Made by a program: the position numbers and the translations under genes. A DNA stretch of 21,560 nt. Origin: Candidatus Heimdallarchaeota archaeon. GTDB lineage: Archaea > Asgardarchaeota > Heimdallarchaeia > Heimdallarchaeales > Heimdallarchaeaceae. Positions 1-9,019 of this stretch are shown one piece after another. The notes under the pieces were generated by a model. It made no database searches and had not been told where the DNA came from. It was given only the letters and a program-made list of their open reading frames with translations. The stretch is taken from contig JAGLOH010000003.1 of assembly GCA_023139025.1 (NCBI GenBank), positions 1 to 21,560 of the forward strand, read 5' to 3'. Positions within the stretch are counted from its first letter, which is position 1. Each line of letters starts with the position of its first letter.

Positions 1-657
1 CATAATACTTGTCTATGAATTCCATAATGGAAATTTGACCTGAAAATCCAGCTAATAAATGACCTGTATCAAAACAGATACTCAAATCCATCTGTTGAAT
101 GATTGGATACATTAGATCAAATGGATATTCTATGTTTTCCACAGCAAGTTTTCTTGATGGAATATTTGTCCTTTCTAGAGTTTCCTTTATGGTATTTGCA
201 GCATAAGAAGTGAATTGCTGCATCATCATTCCTTGAGCAAATTCTGGCAGATTCATGTTCATAAATTCAACTGTTAAAGCTCCTGTAGGATGTAATACCC
301 AGCATAAAGGATCTAAAGCTTTTGTTATCTCAATAACATCTACAAAACTATCAACTGATGCTTTTCTAATATGGGGAGAAAATGCTGCTGGCTCTATTGC
401 CCACAAGGGTAAATGAACGGAATAGGAAACGTTTTTTCTTGTTTTAGCTCTATTAACCGAGAAATTGTTTCAGGGGATAAAATTCCTGGCAGAACATAAA
501 TAAGATCTCCAGTTATTTCGATGTGCTTGAAACCTGCTTTAATATTCTTATCTACAATCTTGATATAGTTAAGTTTAGACATATCAAATTGTCCATCTTG
601 AAATAGAGAGAAGAAGTCAGAAAATTCAAAAGGTCTATTCCCAAATAAAAGAGCCAT
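1..657 (-). pseudogene. Sugar phosphate isomerase/epimerase (xylose isomerase-like TIM barrel), apparently frameshifted. The 3' end runs off the window.
   Basis: ORF 394..657 gives only the N-terminal part (...AGFKHIEITGD...LIELKQEK). A second minus-strand frame has no stop from about 470 down to position 1. It reads NVSYSVHLPLWAIEPAAFSPH...CWVLHPTGA...KLAVENIEYPF...ICFDTGHLLAG, which carries the VHLP / LHP / VEN / FDTGH hallmarks of this fold. The two frames meet at a T6 run (plus 432..437). Confidence 0.65.
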
Positions 658-729
658 TTATTCACCTATCGATGAATCTTTAGATTAAGGTAATTATAAA
701 AGAGTTTTGAGAAAAAAAGGAGAAATTAA

Positions 730-1731
730 TTATCTCATTTTATCTTTATAGTAATAGTTTGGTTTGTATGTTAAAGGCCATTCAGGTTCATTATCCAATA
801 TTTCTTCTATCTGAGCAAGTGTATCCTTTGATAGTTCTACATCTGAAGCTTTCACATTTTCAATAACATGTTCTGGTTTAGTGGCACCGATTATAGCTGA
901 AGAGATTTCTGGTCTTCGTAGAATCCAAGCAAGAGCTAATTGACCTATGGATATATCAAGCGATGTAGCAATTTCACCAAGTTTTTTCACTTTTTCAATT
1001 GTTTCTTCTGTAAGATTTTTCTTCAGAAATTCTGATTTATCAGCTCTGCTACCTTCTGGAATACCATCATTATATTTTCCAGTTAAAAGACCTTGAGCTA
1101 GAGGAGACCAAACTGTGAATCCCATTCCGTGAGTTTTAGCTACAGACATGATTTCCATTTCTATGTATCTTACCAACATATTGTATAGGGGCTGTTCAAC
1201 AACAGGTTTATGTGCTCTAATATCTTTAGCAATTGCGTTTGCTCTTTCTAACTGTGCAGCAGTCCATACCGAAGTTCCCCAGTATCTAACTTTGCCATCT
1301 CTTATCAAATCATCTAGAATTTCTACAGTTTCTCTTAGAGGTGTCATGTAATCATATCTGTGCATAAAGTAAATGTCAATATAATCCATATTCAATCTAT
1401 CAAGAGTACCTTCAATTGCATTCATGATATTTTTACGACTTAATCCCCAATCATTAACATCATAATCGTTCATTGCCCAAAAGACCTTACTAGAAATGAC
1501 TAGATCTTTTCTGTTGAAAGTTTCTTCAGCGAGGAAATCAGCTATTACCATTTCTGCTCCTCCCTTTGCATAAATTTCAGCTGAATCTATAAAATTGATA
1601 CCATTTTCAATCGCAGCAGTCATACATTTTTTTGCTACTTCATTTTCTACTGAACCACCATATGTTAACCATGAACCTAAGGAAATTTCACTAACTTTTA
1701 ATCCCGATTTTCCAACTTTTCTATATTTCAT
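730..1731 (-). CDS. Aldo/keto reductase (Kv-beta / Tas-like AKR family)
   Basis: MKYRKVGKSGLKVSEISLGSWLTYGG, GINFIDSAEIYA, RKDLVISSKV and MHRYD are typical AKR motifs. I prefer the ATG at 1731 (M42 of the listed ORF). The 41 upstream codons (MGNCFCRPTKK...) look like non-coding read-through. Confidence 0.9.
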   Translation of the reverse strand: MKYRKVGKSGLKVSEISLGSWLTYGGSVENEVAKKCMTAAIENGINFIDSAEIYAKGGAEMVIADFLAEETFNRKDLVISSKVFWAMNDYDVNDWGLSRKNIMNAIEGTLDRLNMDYIDIYFMHRYDYMTPLRETVEILDDLIRDGKVRYWGTSVWTAAQLERANAIAKDIRAHKPVVEQPLYNMLVRYIEMEIMSVAKTHGMGFTVWSPLAQGLLTGKYNDGIPEGSRADKSEFLKKNLTEETIEKVKKLGEIATSLDISIGQLALAWILRRPEISSAIIGATKPEHVIENVKASDVELSKDTLAQIEEILDNEPEWPLTYKPNYYYKDKMR

Positions 1732-1871
1732 AAAATCACTTACTTTGAAACTTAACCTAATACAACAAAAATATTCTAAAATAAAAAGTATGTGGATTTT
1801 CAAAAAATGCACTAAACCTCGCTTTTTTGTAGGTCTACAAAAACAATTCCCCAACTCACAGGTTCTGTCAT

Positions 1872-3662
1872 TTAGATAAACACTATCTCTTTGAAGAAAT
1901 TCAGCTCCTCTGATGACAACCTATTTGGATACTTGAATTTCTTGATGTAGGTACGAAATCTTTTATTCATGACATCATTTTTTATCAGGTGTTCTGTTTT
2001 ATTTTCTGGAAAAATCACAGATACTAGATAGTACTGTTTTCCTTCAAATCGCGGATCTGATTGCCCATCATCTTTGCCCCAGAATGTAAAAATTATCATG
2101 CTGTGGCCGATAATTGAAGGTGCTGGAAGCGGTCCATAAACACCAGTTTCATATCTATGACCTTGACCAACTGTAACATAGCAGAAACCTATGAATTCAT
2201 CCAAGTTTACATCAAAGGATTCCAAATCTGCTTTAACAACTTCTCCTCCTTTCATTCCAAATCGAAATAGTCCGACCCCAACTTCTTTGCTGTAAGCAAT
2301 TTTTCTTTTAAAATAGATATAGTCTGATGTTTCCTTTGTGTAACGAGCGAACCCAACTCTCCGTTTTTTACTGAAAAATGAAATAATATAGATCAGAACT
2401 CCTAATGGAAGTATAATGACTATTATATAATAATACCAATTTTGTTTTTCTATTTCAATTCGTGGTATTTTTACAGGCTCTTCTAGTGGGTACAAATCAA
2501 ATTCTCCCCAGAACCCCTCAATAGAATAATCACCAGTTCCCAACCACTCATTCCAGAAATTACCTTCTTCCATTTCATCTTCATACCAGAAATTATTGAT
2601 TCCATTTTTTGAATATGCTTGGCTTAATCCCCCAAGATTATTTTGAATAAAATTATTGTGATGAATCAAATTACTTGAAGAGTAGTTTAAGGTTATACCA
2701 TATCCAGTATTAAGCTCTATAAAATTGTAGGTTATTTTACACTCATTTGAGTTAAAAAAGTAGATTCCTTTATTTTTATTGTTTGAAATGCTGTTATTAT
2801 AGATTTCAAAATAATGTGATTCATCCAAATAGAATCCTATCGTGTTGTTTATTACTTCATTTTCTTTGAGATGAACAACTTCTGAATCCTTAAAGTGAAA
2901 AGCTGGACCTAAATTTCTATATAGTTGATTTCGTTTAATTTCACCCATATTAATCTCCCAAAGATAAATTCCTGATTTTTTGTTATCAAAACAATAATTC
3001 TGTTCTACAATTGGAGAACGGCTAAAATACACCTCTATTCCAACCTGGTTTTGCTCACAAATATTATTTGAGATAGTAATATCATCACTAAATCGGATAG
3101 AAACACCATTTTCTTTATTTAGAGAAAGTATATTATTCGAAATAGTTACATCATCTGAGTCTATACAATTTATACCGTTTAAACTATTAGAAGTAAGAGA
3201 ATTATTATCTATTAACGTTCCCGGCGCATCCCAGAGGTCTATACCATAGGTGTCATGTTCAATACAAGTATTATTTCTTATTTCTGCTGTACCATGAGAA
3301 ATCCATGATATCCATATCCCTACTTGTTTAACTTTAATGAAGCAGTTCTGAATAACAAAATACTTAGTTGTATCGCTGATGTTTATTCCGAAATTTTGAA
3401 TTTCAGATGATATATTGTAGTTCTCTAATCTATAGGGATCTGCTATTGTTCCATTTCCTGGGAAAACTAAAAATTCATTATCATTGGTAATATGAATTGG
3501 ATCACTTTGTATCAAAAATGTTTGAGGTTTTGTTATCATAGTGAATTCATTTGTTTGAACATTTGGACCCTCTCCAAAAATTGCAGTTGAGGGACTATGA
3601 AAACCTATGCCAAGTAATATGGTTAGCAAAAACATAATCTTATAGATTTTCCCCAGAGACAT
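1872..3662 (-). CDS. Single-pass membrane protein: signal/anchor, extracellular parallel beta-helix (NosD/pectin-lyase-like) repeats, one TM helix, then a ~165-aa cytoplasmic domain of unknown function
   Basis: N-terminal hydrophobic stretch IMFLLTILLGIGF. Repeated ~22-aa units with the N-x-I/C-x-x-N pattern (ISNNILSLNKENGVSI, ISNNICEQNQVGIEV, VEQNYCFDNKKSGIYL, ISNNKNKGIYF). TM segment YYYIIVIILPLGVLIYIISFF is followed by KKRR (positive-inside). The C-terminal domain is not recognised. Confidence 0.7.
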   Translation of the reverse strand: MSLGKIYKIMFLLTILLGIGFHSPSTAIFGEGPNVQTNEFTMITKPQTFLIQSDPIHITNDNEFLVFPGNGTIADPYRLENYNISSEIQNFGINISDTTKYFVIQNCFIKVKQVGIWISWISHGTAEIRNNTCIEHDTYGIDLWDAPGTLIDNNSLTSNSLNGINCIDSDDVTISNNILSLNKENGVSIRFSDDITISNNICEQNQVGIEVYFSRSPIVEQNYCFDNKKSGIYLWEINMGEIKRNQLYRNLGPAFHFKDSEVVHLKENEVINNTIGFYLDESHYFEIYNNSISNNKNKGIYFFNSNECKITYNFIELNTGYGITLNYSSSNLIHHNNFIQNNLGGLSQAYSKNGINNFWYEDEMEEGNFWNEWLGTGDYSIEGFWGEFDLYPLEEPVKIPRIEIEKQNWYYYIIVIILPLGVLIYIISFFSKKRRVGFARYTKETSDYIYFKRKIAYSKEVGVGLFRFGMKGGEVVKADLESFDVNLDEFIGFCYVTVGQGHRYETGVYGPLPAPSIIGHSMIIFTFWGKDDGQSDPRFEGKQYYLVSVIFPENKTEHLIKNDVMNKRFRTYIKKFKYPNRLSSEELNFFKEIVFI

Positions 3663-3795
3663 TTGATTCTATTAAATATAATGTAATGACTACTTATAAA
3701 ATTCTACTATTTGTTTTGAATATGTATAATTTTCCTCTAATGATACACAAATAAATTCTTAATACCCATCATTCAATTGTCCAACGGGTAGTTAG

Positions 3796-4968
3796 ATGAA
3801 TTCTGAAATAGAAGATATCGCTTATTTTGAAACACCTCGGAATCCTTTGCCATTGAATTATATTGCTAAGGGTGTTGAGGGAGTAGAAACTATTATTGCT
3901 GCAATAAATCCTCGAGCTACTGAAGAAGTTATCAGTGGAATATTAAGAGCTGCAAAACAATCAAAATCTGTAGTTATATTTGAACTAGCTTTAAGTGAAA
4001 TGTCACTCAGTGGTGGATACACTGGTTATACTCCTGAGAAATTTGCTCAACGCTGTAAATCTGCCGCAGAAAAAGAGAAATGGTTTGCCTACTCATTACA
4101 TGCTGATCATTTAACCTTAAAGAAAGGTACTGATGAAGAAACAGCTAATTTAATGAAAGAAATCAAAGCTCGAGTTGAAGCAGGATTTACTGGTTACGCC
4201 ATTGATACATCTTTTCTCTTTAACAGAGATGAAGATACAGTAAATGGTCAATTGAGTGATATTTTATCAAAAGGCCTTGTATTATTTGAGTTCCTAAAAG
4301 AACTGATGGGTGAAAGACCATATGGGCTTGAAGGAGAAGTTGGGGAAATCGGAATTACAGAGTTTACAACAGTTGAAGAAGCTGTTCACTATGTTTCATC
4401 TTTAATTAAGAATGACGTCATAATAGATTATCTAGCAATAGCAAATGGCTCCACACATGGTGTGAGTGTCGATACTGAAGGTATAGTCGTTCCACAGCTA
4501 GGGATTAATGTTCAGAGAACTGTTGAGATAGTAAATGAATTCAAGAAACAGGGAATAAGAACAAGAATAGCCCAGCATGGAATCACAGGCACCCCAGTCG
4601 AGGTAATAGCCTCAACTTTTCCACATGGAATTATAACAAAAGGGAATATAGGTACTTTCTGGCAAAGACTAGTACAAGATATTCTCGAAGAACGTGAACC
4701 TGAACTATTAACCAAAATACGTACTTGGGTGTTAGATAAATATGGGAAACCTGATGTAGACGAGCATAAAACATTCGCAAAGAATTCTAAATATGCTTGG
4801 AAAGAATTCTTTGAAGAAGTTGAGAATATTAGTGAGGTTACCAAACAAGCAATAATTGTGAAAGCTGAATCAGATATGAATGATTTTATCAAAGCCTTGA
4901 AAATGGAAAATACTGCAACTCTTTGCCTTAAATATATGTTAGATAATTTTCTAACAAATACATACTAG
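3796..4968 (+). CDS. Class II (metal-dependent) ketose-bisphosphate aldolase superfamily protein, GatZ/KbaZ-like
   Basis: By-eye alignment to GatY/FbaA-type motifs: LHADH (cf HLDH), AIDTS (cf MIDGS), LEGEVGEIG (cf VEAELGxLGG), IANGSTHG (cf AIGTAHG), AQHGITG (cf LHGASG). SGGYTGYTPEKF resembles the GGYTGMTPADF signature of GatZ/KbaZ. Confidence 0.6.
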   Translation: MNSEIEDIAYFETPRNPLPLNYIAKGVEGVETIIAAINPRATEEVISGILRAAKQSKSVVIFELALSEMSLSGGYTGYTPEKFAQRCKSAAEKEKWFAYSLHADHLTLKKGTDEETANLMKEIKARVEAGFTGYAIDTSFLFNRDEDTVNGQLSDILSKGLVLFEFLKELMGERPYGLEGEVGEIGITEFTTVEEAVHYVSSLIKNDVIIDYLAIANGSTHGVSVDTEGIVVPQLGINVQRTVEIVNEFKKQGIRTRIAQHGITGTPVEVIASTFPHGIITKGNIGTFWQRLVQDILEEREPELLTKIRTWVLDKYGKPDVDEHKTFAKNSKYAWKEFFEEVENISEVTKQAIIVKAESDMNDFIKALKMENTATLCLKYMLDNFLTNTY

Positions 4969-4979
4969 GATCTGAAAAA

Positions 4980-5897
4980 ATGTCTATAATAAAATATCAT
5001 ACACTGGAAGCATATCTTGAGGAAATTCAACCTGAATCTCTAAGAGAAATACTAAGAGAGATTATCAATATAAGTTTGGATGTACCAAAACAGATTCTAA
5101 CATTTCTTCTAGGAGAAGATGATTATTCTGGTATCATTAATGTGTCTGGAGATGAACAGCTAAGCCTAGATGTTGCCACACAAGAACTATTTATGCAAAG
5201 AATTCCCAATAATCTTTACTCTCTCTTATTAGGTGAAGAAACAGATGAAAATAATATAATGGAAGGAACAGGTGAATTTATTATTTTAGGTGATTTTATT
5301 GATGGTTCTTCTATTATTAGAACACGAAGTCCAGGAGCAATTGTTAATGTAATTGATCAAGAGGGATATACTATTGCTGCTTTGACAGTAAGTTACACAT
5401 TATTCTTGCGATTTGATTTAGCTACAGATCTGGGGTTCATTCAATTTATTTATGACGGAGAATCGTTTCGAATAGTAAGAGATACTCTAGATATTAGCCC
5501 TAGTAAAAATCCAGTGTTCGGGCTTGGTGGGAAGTATAATGACCATTCAGCAAAGCAGAAACTTTTCGTTGACGCATTAGATATTAAAGGAAAGAACAGA
5601 TATGGTGGCTGTATGGTCCAAGACATGAATAATGTTTTTGAAAAAACAGGTGTTTTTGGTTATTTCGCACCTAAACTTAGGTTCTGTTATGAAATCCTTC
5701 CTTATCTTTATATTCTGTCTAAAGTTAATGGAGAAGGATTCTACATAACTGCCGATGGACACGAAATTAAGTATAAGGATATAAAACCCTTAGACGTAAA
5801 CAAACTTACTTCGATGCACTATCTGCACCAAAGAACTGGTTTTGTTGGCGGTTCTAAAGATTTAATCAAATTATGGCATAAAATAGAAGATTTGTGA
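4980..5897 (+). CDS. Class I fructose-1,6-bisphosphatase-like sugar bisphosphatase
   Basis: By-eye alignment to eukaryotic/bacterial FBPase I: NVSGDEQLSLDV (cf NVTGDQVKKLDV), LGEETDE (cf VSEED), GDFIDGSS (cf FDPLDGSS), RYGGCMVQDMNNVF (cf RYVGSMVADVHRTL), KLRFCYEILPYLYI (cf KLRLLYECNPMAYV), HQRTGFVGGSKDLI (cf HQRAPVILGSPEDV). An 11-nt gap to the upstream aldolase-like gene suggests co-transcription. Confidence 0.7.
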   Translation: MSIIKYHTLEAYLEEIQPESLREILREIINISLDVPKQILTFLLGEDDYSGIINVSGDEQLSLDVATQELFMQRIPNNLYSLLLGEETDENNIMEGTGEFIILGDFIDGSSIIRTRSPGAIVNVIDQEGYTIAALTVSYTLFLRFDLATDLGFIQFIYDGESFRIVRDTLDISPSKNPVFGLGGKYNDHSAKQKLFVDALDIKGKNRYGGCMVQDMNNVFEKTGVFGYFAPKLRFCYEILPYLYILSKVNGEGFYITADGHEIKYKDIKPLDVNKLTSMHYLHQRTGFVGGSKDLIKLWHKIEDL

Positions 5898-5917
5898 ATA
5901 TTTTCCAACTCTTCTCC

Positions 5918-5926
5918 TTTTATTTT
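5918..5926 (+). terminator. Oligo-T tract downstream of the FBPase-like gene (possible archaeal intrinsic termination signal)
   Basis: ccTTTTATTTTctg lies about 20 nt after the stop at 5897. Archaeal RNAP terminates at oligo-T. No experimental support. Confidence 0.3.
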
Positions 5927-6010
5927 CTGTTGAAACTATTGAGTAAAACTTTTAATTAAGTAATTATAATATGTATTAGCGACCCGTATTATTTTGCTTA
6001 GGTGATTTAT

Positions 6011-7108
6011 TTGGTCAAAACAACTATAAGTTTACTCAAAGCTGATATAGGATCATGTCCTGGTCATGTAACTGTTTATGAGCCTTTAATGGTTAGAGCT
6101 GAAGAACTGATGGAAAAAGCTAAGGATGAAAATGTCATTCTTGATTTCGTTGTGTTCAATGCTGGCGATGATACTGAACTCCTTTTATCACATTCTAAGG
6201 GAGTTGACAATGAAGCGATACACAAGCTTGCTTGGGATACTTTTATGACACTTGGAAAGGAAGCTAGAGAGATAGGACTCTATGGTGCTGGACAAGATCT
6301 GTTGAAAGATACTTTCACAGGAAACATAAAGGGAATGGGTCCTGGATGTGCTGAATTTGAATTTGAGGAACGTCCAGCAGAGCCTTTACTTGTTTTTGCG
6401 ATGGATAAAACAGAACCAGGGGCATTTAATTATCCTATTTTTCAAATGTTTGCTAATCATTTCAATACAGCTGGTTTGATTATAGATCCAAAACTGCATG
6501 AAGGGTTTACTTTTTCTGTTATGGATGTCTATAAGAACAAAATTGTTGATTTAAGCTGCCCAGAACAGATGTATGATCTTCTTGCGTTAATTGGTGCTCC
6601 AGGAAAATATGTTGTTAAGTACGTTTATAGCAAAACTCCAGATCTTGGAATAGCAGCAGCTATTTCAACAGATAAATTATCCCTTATAGCCGGTAAGTAT
6701 GTAGGAAAAGATGATCCTGTTGCAGTGATTAGGAGTCAAAGTGGTTTTCCAGCTGTAGGAGAGATAGTTGAGGCTTTTACTTTGGGTCATTTGGTTTCAG
6801 GTTGGATGCGAGGTTCCCATCGCGGACCACTTATGCCTGTTTCACTTGAATATAGTCAATGTGTCCGATTTGATGGTCCCCCTAGAGTTGTTGCACTAGG
6901 TTTTCAATTGAAAAACGGCATATTCAAAGGAGGTGTAGATTTATTCGATGATCCATCTTTTGATTCTACACGAACAAGAGTCAATGAAATTGCTGAATAT
7001 ATCCGTAGGCATGGACCTTTCGAACCTGGTCGTCTTCCTTTGAGTGAAATGGAATATACAACATTACCCGGTGTGCTTAAGAAATTGGAGGATAAATTCC
7101 ACGATTAG
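6011..7108 (+). CDS. fbp: Bifunctional fructose-1,6-bisphosphate aldolase/phosphatase (class V FBPase, FBPA/P)
   Basis: (M)VKTTISLLKADIGSCPGH matches the characteristic N-terminus MKxTxSxIKADxGS..GH of this archaeal-type family, and length (~365 aa) fits. I prefer TTG 6011, preceded by AGGTGAT (6000..6006, SD-like), over the listed GTG 6002, which lies inside that SD. Confidence 0.9.
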   Translation: MVKTTISLLKADIGSCPGHVTVYEPLMVRAEELMEKAKDENVILDFVVFNAGDDTELLLSHSKGVDNEAIHKLAWDTFMTLGKEAREIGLYGAGQDLLKDTFTGNIKGMGPGCAEFEFEERPAEPLLVFAMDKTEPGAFNYPIFQMFANHFNTAGLIIDPKLHEGFTFSVMDVYKNKIVDLSCPEQMYDLLALIGAPGKYVVKYVYSKTPDLGIAAAISTDKLSLIAGKYVGKDDPVAVIRSQSGFPAVGEIVEAFTLGHLVSGWMRGSHRGPLMPVSLEYSQCVRFDGPPRVVALGFQLKNGIFKGGVDLFDDPSFDSTRTRVNEIAEYIRRHGPFEPGRLPLSEMEYTTLPGVLKKLEDKFHD

Positions 7109-7551
7109 TCTTGAATTTCATCTCTTTTTCTTTCTTCCTCTCTTGTTTTTTCAAGTCGTATCTCTTTTTCACTTAAAAGCATGTAAATAAAATATCTTAT
7201 TGGTTCATGAAGTGGTTGATAGATACTTGGATTAAAATCATGAAGATGAGTACATAGATCGTCAATAACAAATTCATCTGTTTCAAGGTCGTAAATCAAA
7301 GGATAGTATCTACACCCTTCTGGTCTATCCTCATAGATAGAACATCTTTTATCATTTAGAAAGAAACATCGACCATCTATGTTTCTTAAAACCATAAATC
7401 CTTCTTTTTCTACTAGAAACTCATCAATTTGGAATCCTAATTTTTCAATTCTTGTTATGTCTTTTTCTCCTAGAGGCATTTCTGTTTCTAGACAGCATTC
7501 ATAACAATTGTCTGCATATGGACAATAGAATTCTAAATCTGGAAGAGTCAT
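7105..7551 (-). CDS. YkgJ/UPF0153-family cysteine-cluster (putative Zn/Fe-S) protein
   Basis: Cys cluster FYCPYADNCYECC plus downstream DGRCFFL..KRCSIYEDRPEGCRYYP is typical of the CxxCxxCC family. The ATG at 7551 (M10) avoids overlap with the upstream gene. Its stop codon overlaps the convergent fbp stop (7105..7108). Confidence 0.75.
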   Translation of the reverse strand: MTLPDLEFYCPYADNCYECCLETEMPLGEKDITRIEKLGFQIDEFLVEKEGFMVLRNIDGRCFFLNDKRCSIYEDRPEGCRYYPLIYDLETDEFVIDDLCTHLHDFNPSIYQPLHEPIRYFIYMLLSEKEIRLEKTREEERKRDEIQD

Positions 7552-7555
7552 TTTT

Positions 7556-8941
7556 TCACCTTCGTGCTTGAATCTCAATTACTGATTCCATAAGTTTTCC
7601 TTTAAATTCAATTGCTAGTTCTTCTATTGTTTCCTCATTATCTGCTTCAATTGTCATTCTAATTACAGGTGAAGTATTAGATGGCCTAATTAGAACCCAG
7701 CCTTCTTTCAAGTTGATTCTAACACCATCCATAGTATTAATATCCTCATATTTTGATAGTAATTTCTTCTTTAGTAAATCTACTGCAGCAAATTTGATAT
7801 CATCTTCGCAATGAATTTCTTCCTTTCTTAAGGGATACGTTGGGATTTTATCTACTAAAGTTGACAATCTTATCTTCTCTTTATTAAGTATTTCTGCAAT
7901 CTTAAGAGGTGTAACAAGTGCATCATCAAAGAGAAAATATTCAGGTAAAATAATATGACCACTAGATTCAACACCCAAGGGCGATTTTTCGTTTTTTGCC
8001 TCGATTGTCAAAAAGGTGTGTCCAACAGGAATCTGTTTTACTCGATAACCTAAAGGTTCAAGTTGTTCGGCTACAGATTTTGAACATTCTACGTTTGCAA
8101 TAATTGTCCCTTCTTTTTTAGATAAGCCATAAAGACCAATAATTATTCCTGTTTGATCTGCAGAGAGAATTCTCCCCAAATCATCTACGATTACAGCTCT
8201 ATCTCCATCTCCATCAAATGCTACTCCAAAATTACATCCTTTCTTTGTAACTGCTTTAACCAATTCAGTCAGATTTTTTGGTTTTGGATCAGATGGTCTT
8301 CCTGAGAAAGTAGGATCAGTATCACAATAGATTCGTGTAATTTCAATTCCCAAGGATGAAAAAATTTTTGGAGCTGATAATGTGGTGCTACCACCACCGC
8401 AATCTAGTGCAACTTTCATTTTTTCTGTGAATTTGAATTTTTGTTTAAAAAACTCCTCATACTTATCCTTAATCTCATAGGAAATTGAACTTCCAATTTC
8501 TCTCCATCCCACAAGTAAATATTTTTCATCTATAGTTATATCTCTAATCTTCATTAATTCTTCTTCTGAAAAACCAACACCGTCTGAATGATAGAATTTT
8601 ATGCCGTTCCATTCAGGTGGAAGATGGCTTGCTGTTACAAACGCTGTTGCTGTTTTTTCTAAAAACCACCCCGCATAAAGGGTTTGCCCGAATGCTGTTG
8701 TACCTACGTAAACTACATCAATTCCAGTTGCTGTTACCCCAGAAATAAAAGAATAAACTAATGGGATACTAGACTGTCTAATTTCATTGCCCACAACAAC
8801 TTCTTTGCCTTTTAATGTTTCTTTAACATATGTCCCAAAGGCTAAACCTATTTTATACATTAATGGTGGAGAGATATCCTTATTGTAAATTCCTCGTATA
8901 TCATATGCTCGAAATATATTTGGGGAGATATCTTTGTTCAT
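7556..8941 (-). CDS. Phosphohexomutase family (phosphoglucosamine mutase / phosphomannomutase / phosphoglucomutase)
   Basis: IFRAYDIRGIY at the N-terminus, phosphoserine loop TASHLPPEWNGIKF (variant of TASHNP), Mg site FDGDGDRAV, sugar-binding GVESSGH. Substrate is not assignable from sequence alone. Confidence 0.9.
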   Translation of the reverse strand: MNKDISPNIFRAYDIRGIYNKDISPPLMYKIGLAFGTYVKETLKGKEVVVGNEIRQSSIPLVYSFISGVTATGIDVVYVGTTAFGQTLYAGWFLEKTATAFVTASHLPPEWNGIKFYHSDGVGFSEEELMKIRDITIDEKYLLVGWREIGSSISYEIKDKYEEFFKQKFKFTEKMKVALDCGGGSTTLSAPKIFSSLGIEITRIYCDTDPTFSGRPSDPKPKNLTELVKAVTKKGCNFGVAFDGDGDRAVIVDDLGRILSADQTGIIIGLYGLSKKEGTIIANVECSKSVAEQLEPLGYRVKQIPVGHTFLTIEAKNEKSPLGVESSGHIILPEYFLFDDALVTPLKIAEILNKEKIRLSTLVDKIPTYPLRKEEIHCEDDIKFAAVDLLKKKLLSKYEDINTMDGVRINLKEGWVLIRPSNTSPVIRMTIEADNEETIEELAIEFKGKLMESVIEIQARR

Positions 8942-9019
8942 TGGTTTAAGGGTAAATTAGATGTATAAAAATTTGCTTACACGTAAATCTTTTATTCAAG
9001 CTAGAGCGATTTCAAAGTT

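Noticed and set aside
1732-1854. N-terminal extension of the AKR ORF (MGNCFCRPTKKRG...)
   Set aside because: AKR homologues begin at MxYRxLGxSG, which here is M42. The extension is Cys/Phe/Ile-rich, non-protein-like, and covers the likely promoter.
1148-1879. Plus-strand ORFs 1148..1351 and 1595..1879
   Set aside because: They are antisense to the aldo/keto reductase gene and its upstream region. They are short, have no motifs, and read as shadow ORFs.
4512-4892. 126-aa minus-strand ORF inside the aldolase-like gene. The same reasoning covers 5577..5762, 11710..11898, 13929..14111, 15009..15230, 16672..16975 and 19159..19353.
   Set aside because: Each is embedded antisense in a longer ORF with clear family motifs. 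None has an SD or TATA context or a recognisable domain.
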